The notes: generated by a model from the sequence alone, not told the origin. A DNA stretch of 64,000 nt from Octopus bimaculoides (GCF_001194135.2 NC_068985.1:116022136-116086135), one strand, 5' to 3'; counted from the stretch's first letter, positions 48,517-61,931 are shown. Numbers and translations: made by a program.

Positions 48517-49090
48517 GGCGGTGAGCTGGCAGAAACGTTAGAACGCCGGGCGAAACGCATGGGGTCGATGTAATCGAGTTAATCCCTTTGTCTGTCCTTG
48601 TTTGTCCCCTCTATGTTTAGCCCTTTGTAGGCAATAAAGAAATATGAAACGTCGGCGCGCCGGGCGAAACGTTTGAGTAGAAAAAAATATATACTTAATC
48701 AGAGGCGGCGAGCTGGCAGAATTGTTAGCACGCCGGGCGAAATGCTTAGCGGTATTTTGTGTGCCGTTACGTTCTGAGTTCAAATTCCGCCGAGGTCGAC
48801 ATTGCCTTTCATCCTTTCGGTGTCGATAAATTAAGTACCAGTTACGCACTGGCGTCGATGTAATCGACTTAATCCGTTCGTCTGTTCTTGTTTGTTCCCT
48901 CTATGTTTAGCCCCTTGTGGGCAATAACGAAATAGGTATTTCGTCTGTCTTTATGTACTGAGTTCAAATTCCGCCGAGGTCTACTTTGCCTTTCATCTTT
49001 TCGGGGTCGATATAATCTACTGCGGTCGATATAATCTACTGGCCTCCTCCCCCGAAATTTCTGGCTTTGTGACTAAAGTAGAAAAGAACA
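48517..49090 (+). mobile_element. Nested SINE A cluster: young-tail copies followed by resumed old-tail sequence
   Basis: Heads at 48517 and 48702; young tails at approx. 48580-48645 and 48870-48933; resumed body ggtatttcgtc at 48935 ending in the old tail. Confidence 0.88.
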
Positions 49091-49131
49091 TTAGTCACAA
49101 AGCCAGAAATTTCGGGGGAGGAGGCCAGTAG
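49036..49131. repeat. Perfect 41-bp inverted duplication of a SINE A tail
   Basis: 49036-49076 is the exact reverse complement of 49091-49131. Confidence 0.95.
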
Positions 49132-49494
49132 AAAAGAACATATACTCAACTAATAGGCAGGTTTTATGAGAAATAAAGGATACATCAAAAGATACATCAA
49201 CTCACAGACGTTCTAAATTATGATTATCAAGATCGGGGCATATGTAACAAAACAGCAACTCATTGTTATCAATTGCTTTAAGAGACCGAAAAGCGTTAAG
49301 AAAAGTTGGCTGACATATACAGCAGTGCATAGAATAACTTGAATTTTGAATACAACGGTTTTCTCTGGTATTAGCAAGTGAAGAAATATGAACTGGGTAA
49401 TTCTATTGTTATTTTTAATCGATTGGTGCCTTTCGCTTGCTATCGAAAACAAAAAGGTAACACATTTCTGTTACAGATGCAGTGATTGCTGCGT

Positions 49495-49856
49495 GTGGAG
49501 GCGCAATGGCCCAGTGGTTAGGGCAGTGGACTCGCAGTCATAGGATCGCGGTTTCGATTCCCAGACCGGGCGTTGTGAGTGTTTATTGAGCGAAAACACC
49601 TAAAGTTCCACAAGGCTCCAGCAGGGGATGGTGGTGAACCCTGCTGTACTCTTTCACCACAACTTTCTCTCACTCTTACTTCCTGTTTCTGTTGTGCCTG
49701 TAATTCAAAGGCTCAGCCTTGTCACACTGTGTCACGCTGAATATCCCCGAGAACTACGTTAAGGGTACACGTGTCTGTGCAGTGCTCAGCCACGTGCACG
49801 TTAATTTCACGAGCAGGCTGCTCCGTCGTAAGCGACGGAGTGCCAACAACAACAAC
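49495..49856 (+). mobile_element. SINE B near full length, 10-bp TSD attgctgcgt
   Basis: TSD at 49485-49494 and 49857-49866; small deletion near the 3' end. Confidence 0.94.
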
Positions 49857-49989
49857 ATTGCTGCGTAATTACAAATCTCGCTTTGTAACCATCTGGTTTC
49901 GGTTTCAATCCCAATACGCGACAATTCGAACTACGGACCAAACAATATTTTGTGAGTAGATTTGGTTGAAGAAAAGTGTTTAGAATCCC

Positions 49990-50222
49990 ATTATATATGT
50001 TTGTGTGCGAAAGTTTTTGTCTGCTTGATCTCACCGCGCAGCTTGACAATCGGTGTTAGTTTCATTACGATACCGTAGTTTCGGCAAAGCTTTCGATACA
50101 ATAAGTATTAGGATCGATTTTTCCACCTGAAATAAAAATAAAAATGAAATAGAAAATGAAAACGTCCATGTGGTTCTCCAACATGGCCGCAGTCCAAAGA
50201 CTGAAACAAGTAGGACTTTAAT
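49990..50222 (+). mobile_element. SINE C 3' half
   Basis: gcttgacaatcggtgtt...cgtagtttcggcaaag...tggttctccaacatggccgcagtccaaagactgaaacaagta. Confidence 0.75.
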
Positions 50223-50302
50223 ACAGTTCTATATTTAAAAGATGCGGAATTATGTACATTATTTATATTTGACGGATATTTGTCCTCATCTTGTTTGTTG
50301 TT

Positions 50303-50348
50303 AACACAACGTTTCGGTTGATATGCCATCCAGCCTTCATCAGGTGTC
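50303..50348 (-). ncRNA. Minimal type I hammerhead ribozyme motif
   Basis: Minus strand: GACAC-CTGATGA-aggctg-gatggcatat-caacc-GAAA-cg-TT-GTGTT; palindromic ACGT stem III; one mismatch in stem II. Confidence 0.7.
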
Positions 50349-50425
50349 TTGGTGAAATTTCGAACCTAGGTTCTGATTCTAGTTGATCTAGTCCTCTGAT
50401 TCAGCAATGGCGTGTCGCAGGTGGT

Positions 50426-50469
50426 GTGACGCAGTCGTGACGCAGTCGTGACGCAATCGTGACTCAGTT
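50426..50469. repeat. 11-bp minisatellite, 4 copies of gtgacgcagtc
   Basis: gtgacgcagtc x2, gtgacgcaatc, gtgactcagtt. Confidence 0.95.
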
Positions 50470-51100
50470 GTCGTGGGAAGCAGATGTCGTTTTAGTCTAG
50501 CCGACCCGTATCACTACCACAGTTCAAGTTTTGATTTCATCCATACTGTAACCAAGATTACCTGTTATGTTACTTTTTTTATGCTAATATCATGGCTATT
50601 AAGAAATTCTGCGAATATTTTCGAAATAAATGTGATCTGAATCTAAGTTTTTTTTTTTAGTTTTCCCTTAATTTTATAATTCCTTTTATTTTATTGTTTT
50701 ACAATATCAATCAGGAACAAGGGTTTCAAACTTCTCAGCAGTGGTTGCAGATATATCCTGAACCAACAGAATGAGTATATTTTACATAATACTAAAACTA
50801 TAAACATTATTGTATTGAAGGGGTGTAAACACACCGTGTGACTAATCATGTTCTGAAAGGTCAGGTGAATAACGAAGGGTTAAAGACAATAACAGCTGCC
50901 ATAACGAGGAATATTCCAAAATATGATGATGACATGGCACGAAGAATGGTAAGGAAAAATCGTTGTTTTTAATCTAGAGTAGTATGCCGTGTGCGGCTTC
51001 ATTCAAGTTGACTTTAGGAGACACGCAAACCATAACATTTGGCAGATACCAGGAAAAACGTTTAAAACGAAATCGTAGCCATATTACTTTAAAAGCAAAG

Positions 51101-51148
<48 letters not shown>

Positions 51149-52239
51149 NNNNNNNNNNNNNNNNNNNNNNNNNNNNNNNNNNNNNNNNNNNNNNNNNNNN
51201 NNNNNNNNNNNNNNNNNNNNNNNNNNNNNNNNNNNNNNNNNNNNNNNNNNNNNNNNNNNNNNNNNNNNNNNNNNNNNNNNNNNNNNNNNNNNNNNNNNNN
51301 NNNNNNNNNNNNNNNNNNNNATATATACACTGATACGTATACACACTTATACACGTATCGATGAAAGACTTAAAGCACATAATACATTCACGTATAATTC
51401 AAGTCCGTTATATAAGTATCTATGAATCAATATTTCTTAACAGAGATATATACATACATACTTTATATATATATATACTCTTCTGCACATGCTGATATAT
51501 GACACAAAATAGACATACACACAAACACACAGAGGCAAAAGCGCGCGATGTACACACAGAGGGACACAGATACAAACACAGGAATACGCGCATTCACATA
51601 TAACTTTATGTATAATAGATTAATCAAATCTATGATCAACGCTCTTCAGAAACTCCGCAATTTCATTTCCCTTCCACCTAAATATGCTAACTTTCTCATA
51701 CGTACGTCTTCTTTCATACTTTTTTATATTTCACCACTTTCACTCCATAATTGCACAGACTAAATTACCCTAAAGCACAACATAGATTTCTTGTTACAAT
51801 GCAGCACAAACAATACAGAATGGCTTCAACTTCTTATAAGCTGGTACGTGACGGCGTCAGAGTAGAGACATGTGTTGGAATCTAACGAATAATAATGCGA
51901 AACCACAACAATTTAAATACAGTCACCGGCCAATGTTATGAGATTTTTCAGAAGAATATAGGTTGGAATTATAGACAGAGAGAATAATAGTTCAATATTT
52001 GACTTTGTGAGCGTTGCTCAGGTATATATAATATCAAGACGGGTTGTGATGAATTCACGTTATTGATTCTAGGTCTAAACGACGGATAGATTATTTCACT
52101 TTGGATGTTAACATCTGTTTGAATCACCAGTTCTCTGAAAAACAAAACATGAAAAGACAAAAATTCATCTAACTTATAAGAAACAAAGACGTACACACTT
52201 TTGCTGACAATGTTGGTGGGAAGTTTTACATTATACCAC

Positions 52240-52442
52240 GTGATGTCTTGGTACACCTCGCTATGCCTTGAGTTCGAATTCAACCAAGTTCAAACATTTC
52301 ATTTTCCATTCTTTAACAAGGGTTTCAATAGCATAAAATATAAGTGAATTACTTGGATCTTTGTTATCTTCGACTGCAGGCGTTCATCAAAATTTGCTGA
52401 GTCTAAATTAAAAACCATTATTACTACTACTACTACTACTAC

Positions 52443-52518
<76 letters not shown>
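52240..52518 (+). mobile_element. Degenerate SINE A with long (TTA/CTA)n tail
   Basis: ttgagttcgaattc B-box, degenerate core, caaaatttgctg...aaaaccattatt tail; microsatellite 52417-52518. Confidence 0.55.
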
Positions 52519-52519
<1 letters not shown>

Positions 52520-52573
52520 TTCGTATGTGTATTTTGTGTGCAAGATTCTTGATGTGGATACGTGTGTTGAAAG

Positions 52574-52672
52574 TAATACAATTAAACATTGGGAGAGGAA
52601 TTATGCCGGTAATAAACACAGTGCGTGTGTTTATTACCGGCATAATGCCTCACCTAAGGTTTAATTGTATTA
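52574..52672. other. 99-nt near-perfect hairpin
   Basis: Inner 21-bp perfect stem (52600-52620 / 52626-52646), 12-nt imperfect middle segment, outer 14-bp perfect stem (52574-52587 / 52659-52672). Confidence 0.9.
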
Positions 52673-52684
52673 TTATTATTATTT

Positions 52685-55239
52685 TATGTTTGACTTTTGC
52701 TTTGCGTTTGTACAAGTTGGATCCAAGTCTCACCTAGAGACCTCAAGAGACTACCCGTTTCGCTGTCATTCCCAGGGCACTTATGACAATAGTTATTGTT
52801 TTAGTCTTCAGGTTCCACATTTTGCTAATTTCTATTTGCTCAGTTTTTGGTAGGTCTTGACAGATACGTTTATATCGATTGGGACAGTCATATCAATGAG
52901 GAGGCTTGATTTTTGTCTGAAGTCTTTCAGTATGATGTCTGGCCTATTTGCATCTATCTTTCTGTCAGTTTAAATGGTGAAGTTCCAGAGGAGNNNNNNN
53001 NNNNNNNNNNNNNNNNNNNNNNNNNNNNNNNNNNNNNNNNNNNNNNNNNNNNNNNNNNNNNNNNNNNNNNNNNNNNNNNNNNNNNNNNNNNNNNNNNNNN
53101 NNNNNNNNNNNNNNNNNNNNNNNNNNNNNNNNNNNNNNNNNNNNNNNNNNNNNNNNNNNNNNNNNNNNNNNNNNNNNNNNNNNNNNNNNNNNNNNNNNNN
53201 NNNNNNNNNNNNNNNNNNNNNNNNNNNNNNNNNNNNNNNNNNNNNNNNNNNNNNNNNNNNNNNNNNNNNNNNNNNNNNNNNNNNNNNNNNNNNNNNNNNN
53301 NNNNNNNNNNNNNNNNNNNNNNNNNNNNNNNNNNNNNNNNNNNNNNNNNNNNNNNNNNNNNNNNNNNNNNNNNNNNNNNNNNNNNNNNNNNNNNNNNNNN
53401 NNNNNNNNNNNNNNNNNNNNNNNNNNNNNNNNNNNNNNNNNNNNNNNNNNNNNNNNNNNNNNNNNNNNNNNNNNNNNNNNNNNNNNNNNNNNNNNNNNNN
53501 NNNNNNNNNNNNNNNNNNNNNNNNNNNNNNNNNNNNNNNNNNNNNNNNNNNNNNNNNNNNNNNNNNNNNNNNNNNNNNNNNNNNNNNNNNNNNNNNNNNN
53601 NNNNNNNNNNNNNNNNNNNNNNNNNNNNNNNNNNNNNNNNNNNNNNNNNNNNNNNNNNNNNNNNNNNNNNNNNNNNNNNNNNNNNNNNNNNNNNNNNNNN
53701 NNNNNNNNNNNNNNNNNNNNNNNNNNNNNNNNNNNNNNNNNNNNNNNNNNNNNNNNNNNNNNNNNNNNNNNNNNNNNNNNNNNNNNNNNNNTCCACGGCC
53801 TCCCTTTTTTCTTGGCAGATAAAGACGTTCTATATCTGCCTTAGGGTGGTGCATTCTATGCATTGTCAACAGTTTTCGTATTTTTCTGTCAACATTACAT
53901 ATTTCAGTAATTGACCAGTTAACGATGTTGAAACTGTAAGTCACGACTGGTATGGCTAAAGTATTGATCGCTTCGATCCTGTTTCTTGCGTTCACCTCTG
54001 TCTTCAGTATTGCTCTCACCCTGCGATAACATTCTCTTCTGATCCTTTCCCACATCACTGAATGCTTGATATTGTCCCCTTCAATTACCCGTAGGTATTT
54101 GTAGCTCTCCGCTGGTTCTAACTCTTTTATGACATTTTGCCGGTCAAGGTTCACATTAGATGTTTTTGCCATTTTTCGTTTGATAAAGGTAGCTTTTGCA
54201 CATTCATCAAGGCCAAATTGCATCCTGATGTCGTCACTAAACTGTTTAACAATCGCTAGTAGGCCTTTGAGTTGTTGGTCATTTTTTGCAAAGATCTTTA
54301 AATCATCCATGTAAATGAGATGATTTATATTTTTATCAAATATTTTATAACCATACTGTGCATCATTGAGCAATTTTGAGAGAGGTATTAAGGTTAGACA
54401 GAAGAGGAGTGGTGATAGTGAGCCACCCTGGAAAATGCCACATGAAATTCTTACATCTCCAGTATTTAGAGACTCATTGTCATTGTTCAACGTCAGTGTG
54501 GTTCTCCATGATCTCATACTTACAGATAAAATGTTTCGCAGAGTAGGATCATTTTTATACATTTCCAGACATTTCCTAATCTAGCTATGTGGTAGGCTAT
54601 CAAAGGCCTTTTTATAGTCGATCCAGGCTATTGACAAGTTTTTGTGTCTCTTGTGACAATCTTCTAAGATCATCTTATTGATGAGTAGCTAATCTTTACA
54701 ACCATAAGTTCCACGTTTACATCCTTTTTGCTCATTAGGGAATATGCTACTTTCTATTAAAAAACTATAGGTATACTCAGTTAGGACGGATATTAGCATC
54801 TTAAGAATTTTTGTTAACTAGGTTATGGGTCGGTAGTTTTTTGGTTCGTTTGTTTCCTCATTTGTTGGAAGCAGGAATGTTAAACCATTAACTAGCATCA
54901 TACTAGGATTTTGCAAAACATCGTTGTAAAGTTTTGTTAGCAGTTCATGGCTCTCTAGGAAGTTAGGAATTTTCTCCTTACCTGGAGACTTCCATTTGCC
55001 TGACCTCCTGAGAGCAGATCTTATATCTTCTACCCTGACCCCTTCCCACTTTTGCTCCTCTAAGGAGTCTAAGTCTGTAGATATTCTATCAATCCAAGAG
55101 GCCTTTTCATTGTGTGTTTTATCTTCTGCCCAGATTTTATTCCAAAAGTCCTGCGTTTCTTCTTTTGATGGGACAGACATTATTGTTACTGGTGTTTTCC
55201 CTATCTTCCTGTAGAAATTTTTGGGGTTATTTTTGAACA

Positions 55240-55241
<2 letters not shown>
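52685..55241 (-). mobile_element. R4/Dong-clade LINE, 5'-truncated, RT plus RLE (central part in N-gap)
   Basis: KWKSPG, NYRPIT, EQKGC, WIDYKKAFDS, GIFQGGSLSPLLFC, YMDDLK, LYLPRKKGGRG; after the gap LLWNF, ANRPDII, LLIDMTVP, MWNLK. In-frame stops present; (TAA)n at both ends. Confidence 0.93.
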
Positions 55242-55299
<58 letters not shown>

Positions 55300-55391
55300 C
55301 ATTATTATTATTGTTATTGTTATTTTTACTACTACTACTACTACTACTACTATTATTATTATTATTATCATTATCATCATCATCATCATCA

Positions 55392-55858
55392 TAACTATTA
55401 CATGCCTTACTACTTAGCAAGCATCATGTCTTTAGGTAGATTGAACACATGTCTCCTCAAATCGCAAGAATTTTGGTGGGGATTCAGACAGAATAGAGGA
55501 TTGCATTTTCCTTCAACTGAAGAATGCGGTGTTTCATTTCTCATTTCATTCAACCTCTTAGGTAGCAGTTTAGGTGGTTTGCCAAGTGCACCAATTACCA
55601 CTGAAATAATTGTTATGTTTGTCCTCTACAATCTATTCATCTGTCTGGCTATTTTACAATTTTTTCCCACTCTTTTTGTATTCATTCTGTTATCATTTGG
55701 TGTCTCAACGTCTATGATCTTAGATGGTTTGTTTTCTAGTGTCCTCTTTAATCATGTATGGTCTCCTTACTTCAAATGTGCGGTCAGTCTTTGGAGTATA
55801 TATTTTCTTGTAACTCTTATTTTCTTTCATAGCCTCTGGCTCGTGTTCATACTTATAA
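55392..55858 (-). mobile_element. Degenerate R4/Dong 3' (RLE) fragment
   Basis: YEHEPEAMKEN, TDRTFEVRRP, VVIGALGKPPK; flanked by (TAA)n and (ATG)n tracts. Confidence 0.7.
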
Positions 55859-55973
<115 letters not shown>

Positions 55974-55983
55974 NNNNNNNNNN

Positions 55984-56048
<65 letters not shown>

Positions 56049-57484
56049 CATTATATTTTACCCTCGTAATGTGAAGAAGCCGTTCAACGTTTCTCTTCAA
56101 AACATAATTTGTTCAATCATTAACAAATGAAATTTTCATCTGAGAAATATGAAAATGAACTATAATTAACTGAAGAAGGCCGGTCCTTGATACCCGGGAG
56201 AAGGCAAAAATGTGTTTCCTGTTAAATAAAATAAAATCAAAACCGACTATTTGATGCATTATAGGAAAGGGAGAATGAAAAGTTTATCCAACAATTAGCA
56301 GAAGAAAATGTCCCAAACACTTAAATAATAAGTAGCCGTAACCACTGTGTTAGTGCCACATCATTATCGTGGGAGCATTAAGGTATAGATTTCCTTAATG
56401 CAAATAAGATAAACAGAATTTATGTAACTGTCACAGTTACTCAGAAAATGGAAGCAGGAGAGTTTTGCAAAACTGAACAGCATTTTTTGCCACCAGAGAT
56501 AATACAAGAGACATCACCAAAAAAATATTTCTGATAACAAAACGACGGAAGCGGACTAAATCTACTCTTTCATCTAGTAACATAGAAGGCTCTTCAGAAC
56601 ATACTGGGAGTTGTTTTCACAACTGAAATATGTAAAAGCTATACCACTATCTACTGCACATTTATAACAGAAGATTCGATAAAAACACCACAGGGTGAAA
56701 TTGACAAACATAACTCTGATTATATGTGTGTGTCCCACGAAAATCATAATAAGGGACACCGAAACCAGAGAAGATAATTGGATAGTTGTTACTGTTGGGA
56801 GTGTAGTCCAAATAGATTTGTAAGTCCTAATTGCATTCAAAGTCCACAAACTCATACTGGAAGTTTACCGAGTAGGGAGTGCCAAGTCAACGGCCATGAT
56901 ATCGAATTTACAGCGGAGAAAGACTATTTGCTGCATTTATCGAAGTAAAGCTCTCCTTACAGCAGAATGCTCCGTAGACTTGGAAACATTAAGCCAAGAA
57001 GAAATAAAAAAAAACGAATGTTATTAAAAACAACAGTAAAAAGAAAAAAAATCTTATTTTCCAGAGTACCACCAGCCAAAGCCTCATGGCAATGGTATTT
57101 TTCATCATCAGAGGCCTAAAAATATGCCCTTCTGGTGCTTTGGTTGCACTCACACAGAGTTTGCGATAAAGTGAAAGGAATAGAGTCAGGAAGTGCTCTG
57201 CATCAATCATCCATGTTTTTTTTTTTTTGCTTTAAATGTATCGTTTTGAATTTATTGAGGTATTTATTGTACCTTCATTTATTTTCGAAAAAAATGTATG
57301 TACGTATGTATATATATGTGTGTGTGTATGTATTTATGTCTACACGCGTGTTCATACGATCGTGTGAGTCAACACTTCTAATACTTTAGTACATCCTTCA
57401 ATTCATTGTATAGCATCAATCTTTCAACCATTTCTTTTTTAATTGAGAAAATCTATTTCCCCTTTCACGTTTCCTTTTAAATTC

Positions 57485-57670
57485 CACCGAAGTCGACTTT
57501 GCATTTTACCCTTTCAGGGTCGATAAAATAAGTGCTGGTGAAACATCGGAATCGATGTAATCGACTAGTCGCTTCTCCGCAAGTTTGAAACCATGTTCTT
57601 ACAGCAGAAAAGATTATTATTATTATTTTTATTATTATTATTATTAATATTATTATTATTATTATTATTA
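57485..57670 (+). mobile_element. SINE A 3' part with (TTA)n tail
   Basis: aagtcgactttgcattttaccctttcagggtcgataaaataag...aatcgactag...gaaaagattattatt. Confidence 0.82.
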
Positions 57671-57672
57671 TT

Positions 57673-58265
<593 letters not shown>

Positions 58266-58501
58266 GAGGTGGTGGTGGTGGTAGTGGTGGTGGTGTTGTT
58301 CTTTTGCTTCTTCTTCTTCTTGTAGTCGTCGTTGTTGTTAAGGTAGTGGTTGTGGTTGTTCAAATAAGTCGTGGGGCTCGCAGCTTGGCAGCCAGAGATG
58401 AAACGATCTCCTTGGGTCTCTCCTTCACTGGATTAATGATTTGGGGTTAAGCGATTTGTATCGGTGGATAAAAGCTGAGATGTAGTTACATGTTGATCCA
58501 G

Positions 58502-58547
<46 letters not shown>

Positions 58548-59933
58548 AAATGCTTCTACAAAGTCGATTATTACAACTGCTCTATTCCTACACATCGGAA
58601 ATGTCGTTTTGGTAGACAAATTTTAGATGCTACAGTGGTTTATGAGAAAGCGTGAGGCAGAAAATAATTGTATTGCTAATTTAAACCCCCAATATGTCTT
58701 CCTTTCCGGTAGTGATTGGTATAGTTTGTTTTGAAGGCGATCACCCGATTTCCTAGGATTTCTTACATAGATTTCTTGGCAGTACAAGGGGCTGACTTCA
58801 GAAACGTACAGGATGGTGAATAGAGAGAACAGCATATCGATAGGGGCAAGGAAAAGATCATTAAGCAGTCTTCTTTGTAGTGCATTGATATACAATAAAT
58901 ACATTTAGAACACACAGTTGACGTATATATATATATATATATATATATATNNNNNNNNNNNNNNNNNNNNNNNNNNNNNNNNNNNNNNNNNNNNNNNNNN
59001 NNNNNNNNNNNNNNNNNNNNNNNNNNNNNNNNNNNNNNNNNNNNNNNNNNNNNNNNNNNNNNNNNNNNNNNNNNNNNNNNNNNNNNNNNNNNNNNNNNNN
59101 NNNNNNNNNNNNNNNNNNNNNNNNNNNNNNNNNNNNNNNNNNNNNNNNNNNNNNNNNNNNNNNNNNNNNNNNNNNNNNNNNNNNNNNNNNNNNNNNNNNN
59201 NNNNNNNNNNNNNNNNNNNNNNNNNNNNNNNNNNNNNNNNNNNNNNNNNNNNNNNNNNNNNNNNNNNNNNNNNNNNNNNNNNNNNNNNNNNNNNNNNNNN
59301 NNNNNTACATACATACATACATACATATTTACATACATACATACATGCATATCTATGTATATGTATAGGCGTATACCATTCATTGTATACATCAAATAGA
59401 AAATGTTTCTGACGTGCGCTGTGCATTCTAATTTCAATGAAGAATAAGTGTACTTATATTTCAATGAAAGATCAGATATACAGAGACACTTACATGCACT
59501 AATATCAGCACACGTTCACACACAGGCTTATATATATACACACACAGACACACACACATACACATACATATACATATATACATATCTATGTATATATGTG
59601 TGTATAATATACGGGTGTGTATTTGATCATAGCTATATATGTGTATCGGTTCCTGTGTCTGGTCTGTATGGGAAGGCACCTGTGTGCGTGTGTACGTGTG
59701 TATCTATAATATTTTATTCCATTTTAGCATAAATGTGATTAATAGAAAGGAAAAACAACAAAGAAATCCTTCACTAAAGAATATGTTGAATATTGATCTT
59801 CTATCGCGATAGAGTTTCAAACATTTCTTTTTATCTGTTCGTATCTTTATTCTTTTATCTTTTCTTTATTTCTTTATTTAGCAGTTGTCTTTAATTTTAT
59901 ACGACAATGATACACACACAGCCACACACACAC

Positions 59934-59964
<31 letters not shown>

Positions 59965-60966
59965 NNNNNNNNNNNNNNNNNNNNNNNNNNNNNNNNNNNN
60001 NNNNNNNNNNNNNNNNNNNNNNNNNNNNNNNNNNNNNNNNNNNNNNNNNNNNNNNNNNNNNNNNNNNNNNNNNNNNNNNNNNNNNNNNNNNNNNNNNNNN
60101 NNNNNNNNNNNNNNNNNNNNNNNNNNNNNNNNNNNNNNNNNNNNNNNNNNNNNNNNNNNNNNNNNNNNNNNNNNNNNNNNNNNNNNNNNNNNNNNNNNNN
60201 NNNNNNNNNNNNNNNNNNNNNNNNNNNNNNNNNNNNNNNNNNNNNNNNNNNNNNNNNNNNNNNNNNNNNNNNNNNNNNNNNNNNNNNNNNNNNNNNNNNN
60301 NNNNNNNNNNNNNNNNNNNNNNNNNNNNNNNNNNNNNNNNNNNNNNNNNNNNNNNNNNNNNNNNNNNNNNNNNNNNNNNNNNNNNNNNNNNNNNNNNNNN
60401 NNNNNNNNNNNNNNNNNNNNNNNNNNNNNNNNNNNNNNNNNNNNNNNNNNNNNNNNNNNNNNNNNNNNNNNNNNNNNNNNNNNNNNNNNNNNNNNNNNNN
60501 NNNNNNNNNNNNNNNNNNNNNNNNNNNNNNNNNNNNNNNNNNNNNNNNNNNNNNNNNNNNNNNNNNNNNNNNNNNNNNNNNNNNNNNNNNNNNNNNNNNN
60601 NNNNNNNNNNNNNNNNNNNNNNNNNNNNNNNNNNNNNNNNNNNNNNNNNNNNNNNNNNNNNNNNNNNNNNNNNNNNNNNNNNNNNNNNNNNNNNNNNNNN
60701 NNNNNNNNNNNNNNNNNNNNNNNNNNNNNNTGTGGTCATCTCTGTATAGGCATGTCTGCATAACGGTGAGCATTTATGTGTCATCCTTTTTATAGAATCT
60801 GGTGACAAGCCATGTGTAGCATGTAAGTTGTTCATAACTTTAGATTCTCAAAATATATCTTCCATGAGGAAAAAATGTGTGTCATTTTACACAAACACGT
60901 GAATATACATTGGCCCCTAAAGAGTACACATGCACAAATACAACCTTAAATATACATACGCATCTA

Positions 60967-61079
60967 CAGGGGGTTGCAAAGTCTAGGGATTAACACACTT
61001 TAAGAAATTAATTTTTATAGCTAATTGTGAATGTTATCATTTTATTTACTCCATGTACCCAGGCTTTGTGGACACCCTG
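60967..61079. mobile_element. Tc1-like MITE with TA target duplication
   Basis: TA|cagggggttgcaaagtctagg ... cccaggctttgtggacaccctg|TA; imperfect TIRs. Confidence 0.7.
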
Positions 61080-61652
61080 TATACATATGAATCTTTCTGT
61101 GTGAGTATTTGTATGCAAGTAGACGGATAGGTGTATATAAATTTGCGCTTGTATATAGGTATGCATGCATGTAGGAAATATATATATATTTATATATGAA
61201 TATATGTATATATGTGTGTGTGTGGAACAAAGACAATGTGTGCTCAACTCCCCATTGGTGGATAAAGTTTCTCTACTTGTGTTTTAGGGCTATCGTTCGT
61301 AAAATGTTGAAAAACATATCTTAATATGTTAATAATCTTTCGAGCCGATCACATGGAGGAATAATGCTCATCTGGATTTAGGATGAAAACACAAAACGTC
61401 TCGTGAAAATTATATCGAATTATGCACACGCGCACACACATACACAAACACACACACATACACACAGAACGCACAACTCAATGCATATATAATTTATATT
61501 AGAGTAAAATTAATATGGTATCACTAATAGTTCCTGTGACGCAAAACATTTCTAATAAAAGTATTAATAATAATGAAATAGACGATGTTGCCCAAGGTTA
61601 TAACAATAATATTAACGATAACAATAATAATAATGATAGTAATACTAATAAT

Positions 61653-61701
<49 letters not shown>

Positions 61702-61705
61702 TTCA

Positions 61706-61931
61706 TATTCAAAAAAATATTCAGACAAATACATAACAAAAACACCAGGACTTACAAATATATATAACATACAGAAAATTGCACTACTGGGTACTGCACA
61801 CATTCTATGCAAAACACTTTCAATACAGTAAACATAGGAGCACCACAGCAAACCACAGCACATACCCAAGGCGCACAGAGCTGCGCTCGGTAGTGAAGTG
61901 AAAGCACGTTATAAAAATAAAACTACTGAAC
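61706..61931 (+). mobile_element. R4/Dong 3' fragment, young family, short
   Basis: Near-identical to 63008-63225; (AAT)n on both sides. Confidence 0.93.

Noticed and set aside
56165-56225. CTGAAGAaggcc... hammerhead-like start
   Set aside because: No correctly placed GAAA, stem III or stem I.
57085-57116. Minus-strand ctctgatgatgaaa hammerhead-like motif
   Set aside because: No stem II between the core segments.
56100-57150. Non-repetitive segment with broken open frames; minus-strand hydrophobic ORF 56574-56855 looked GPCR-like
   Set aside because: No diagnostic motif on either strand; possibly a decayed transposon ORF. Needs a homology search.
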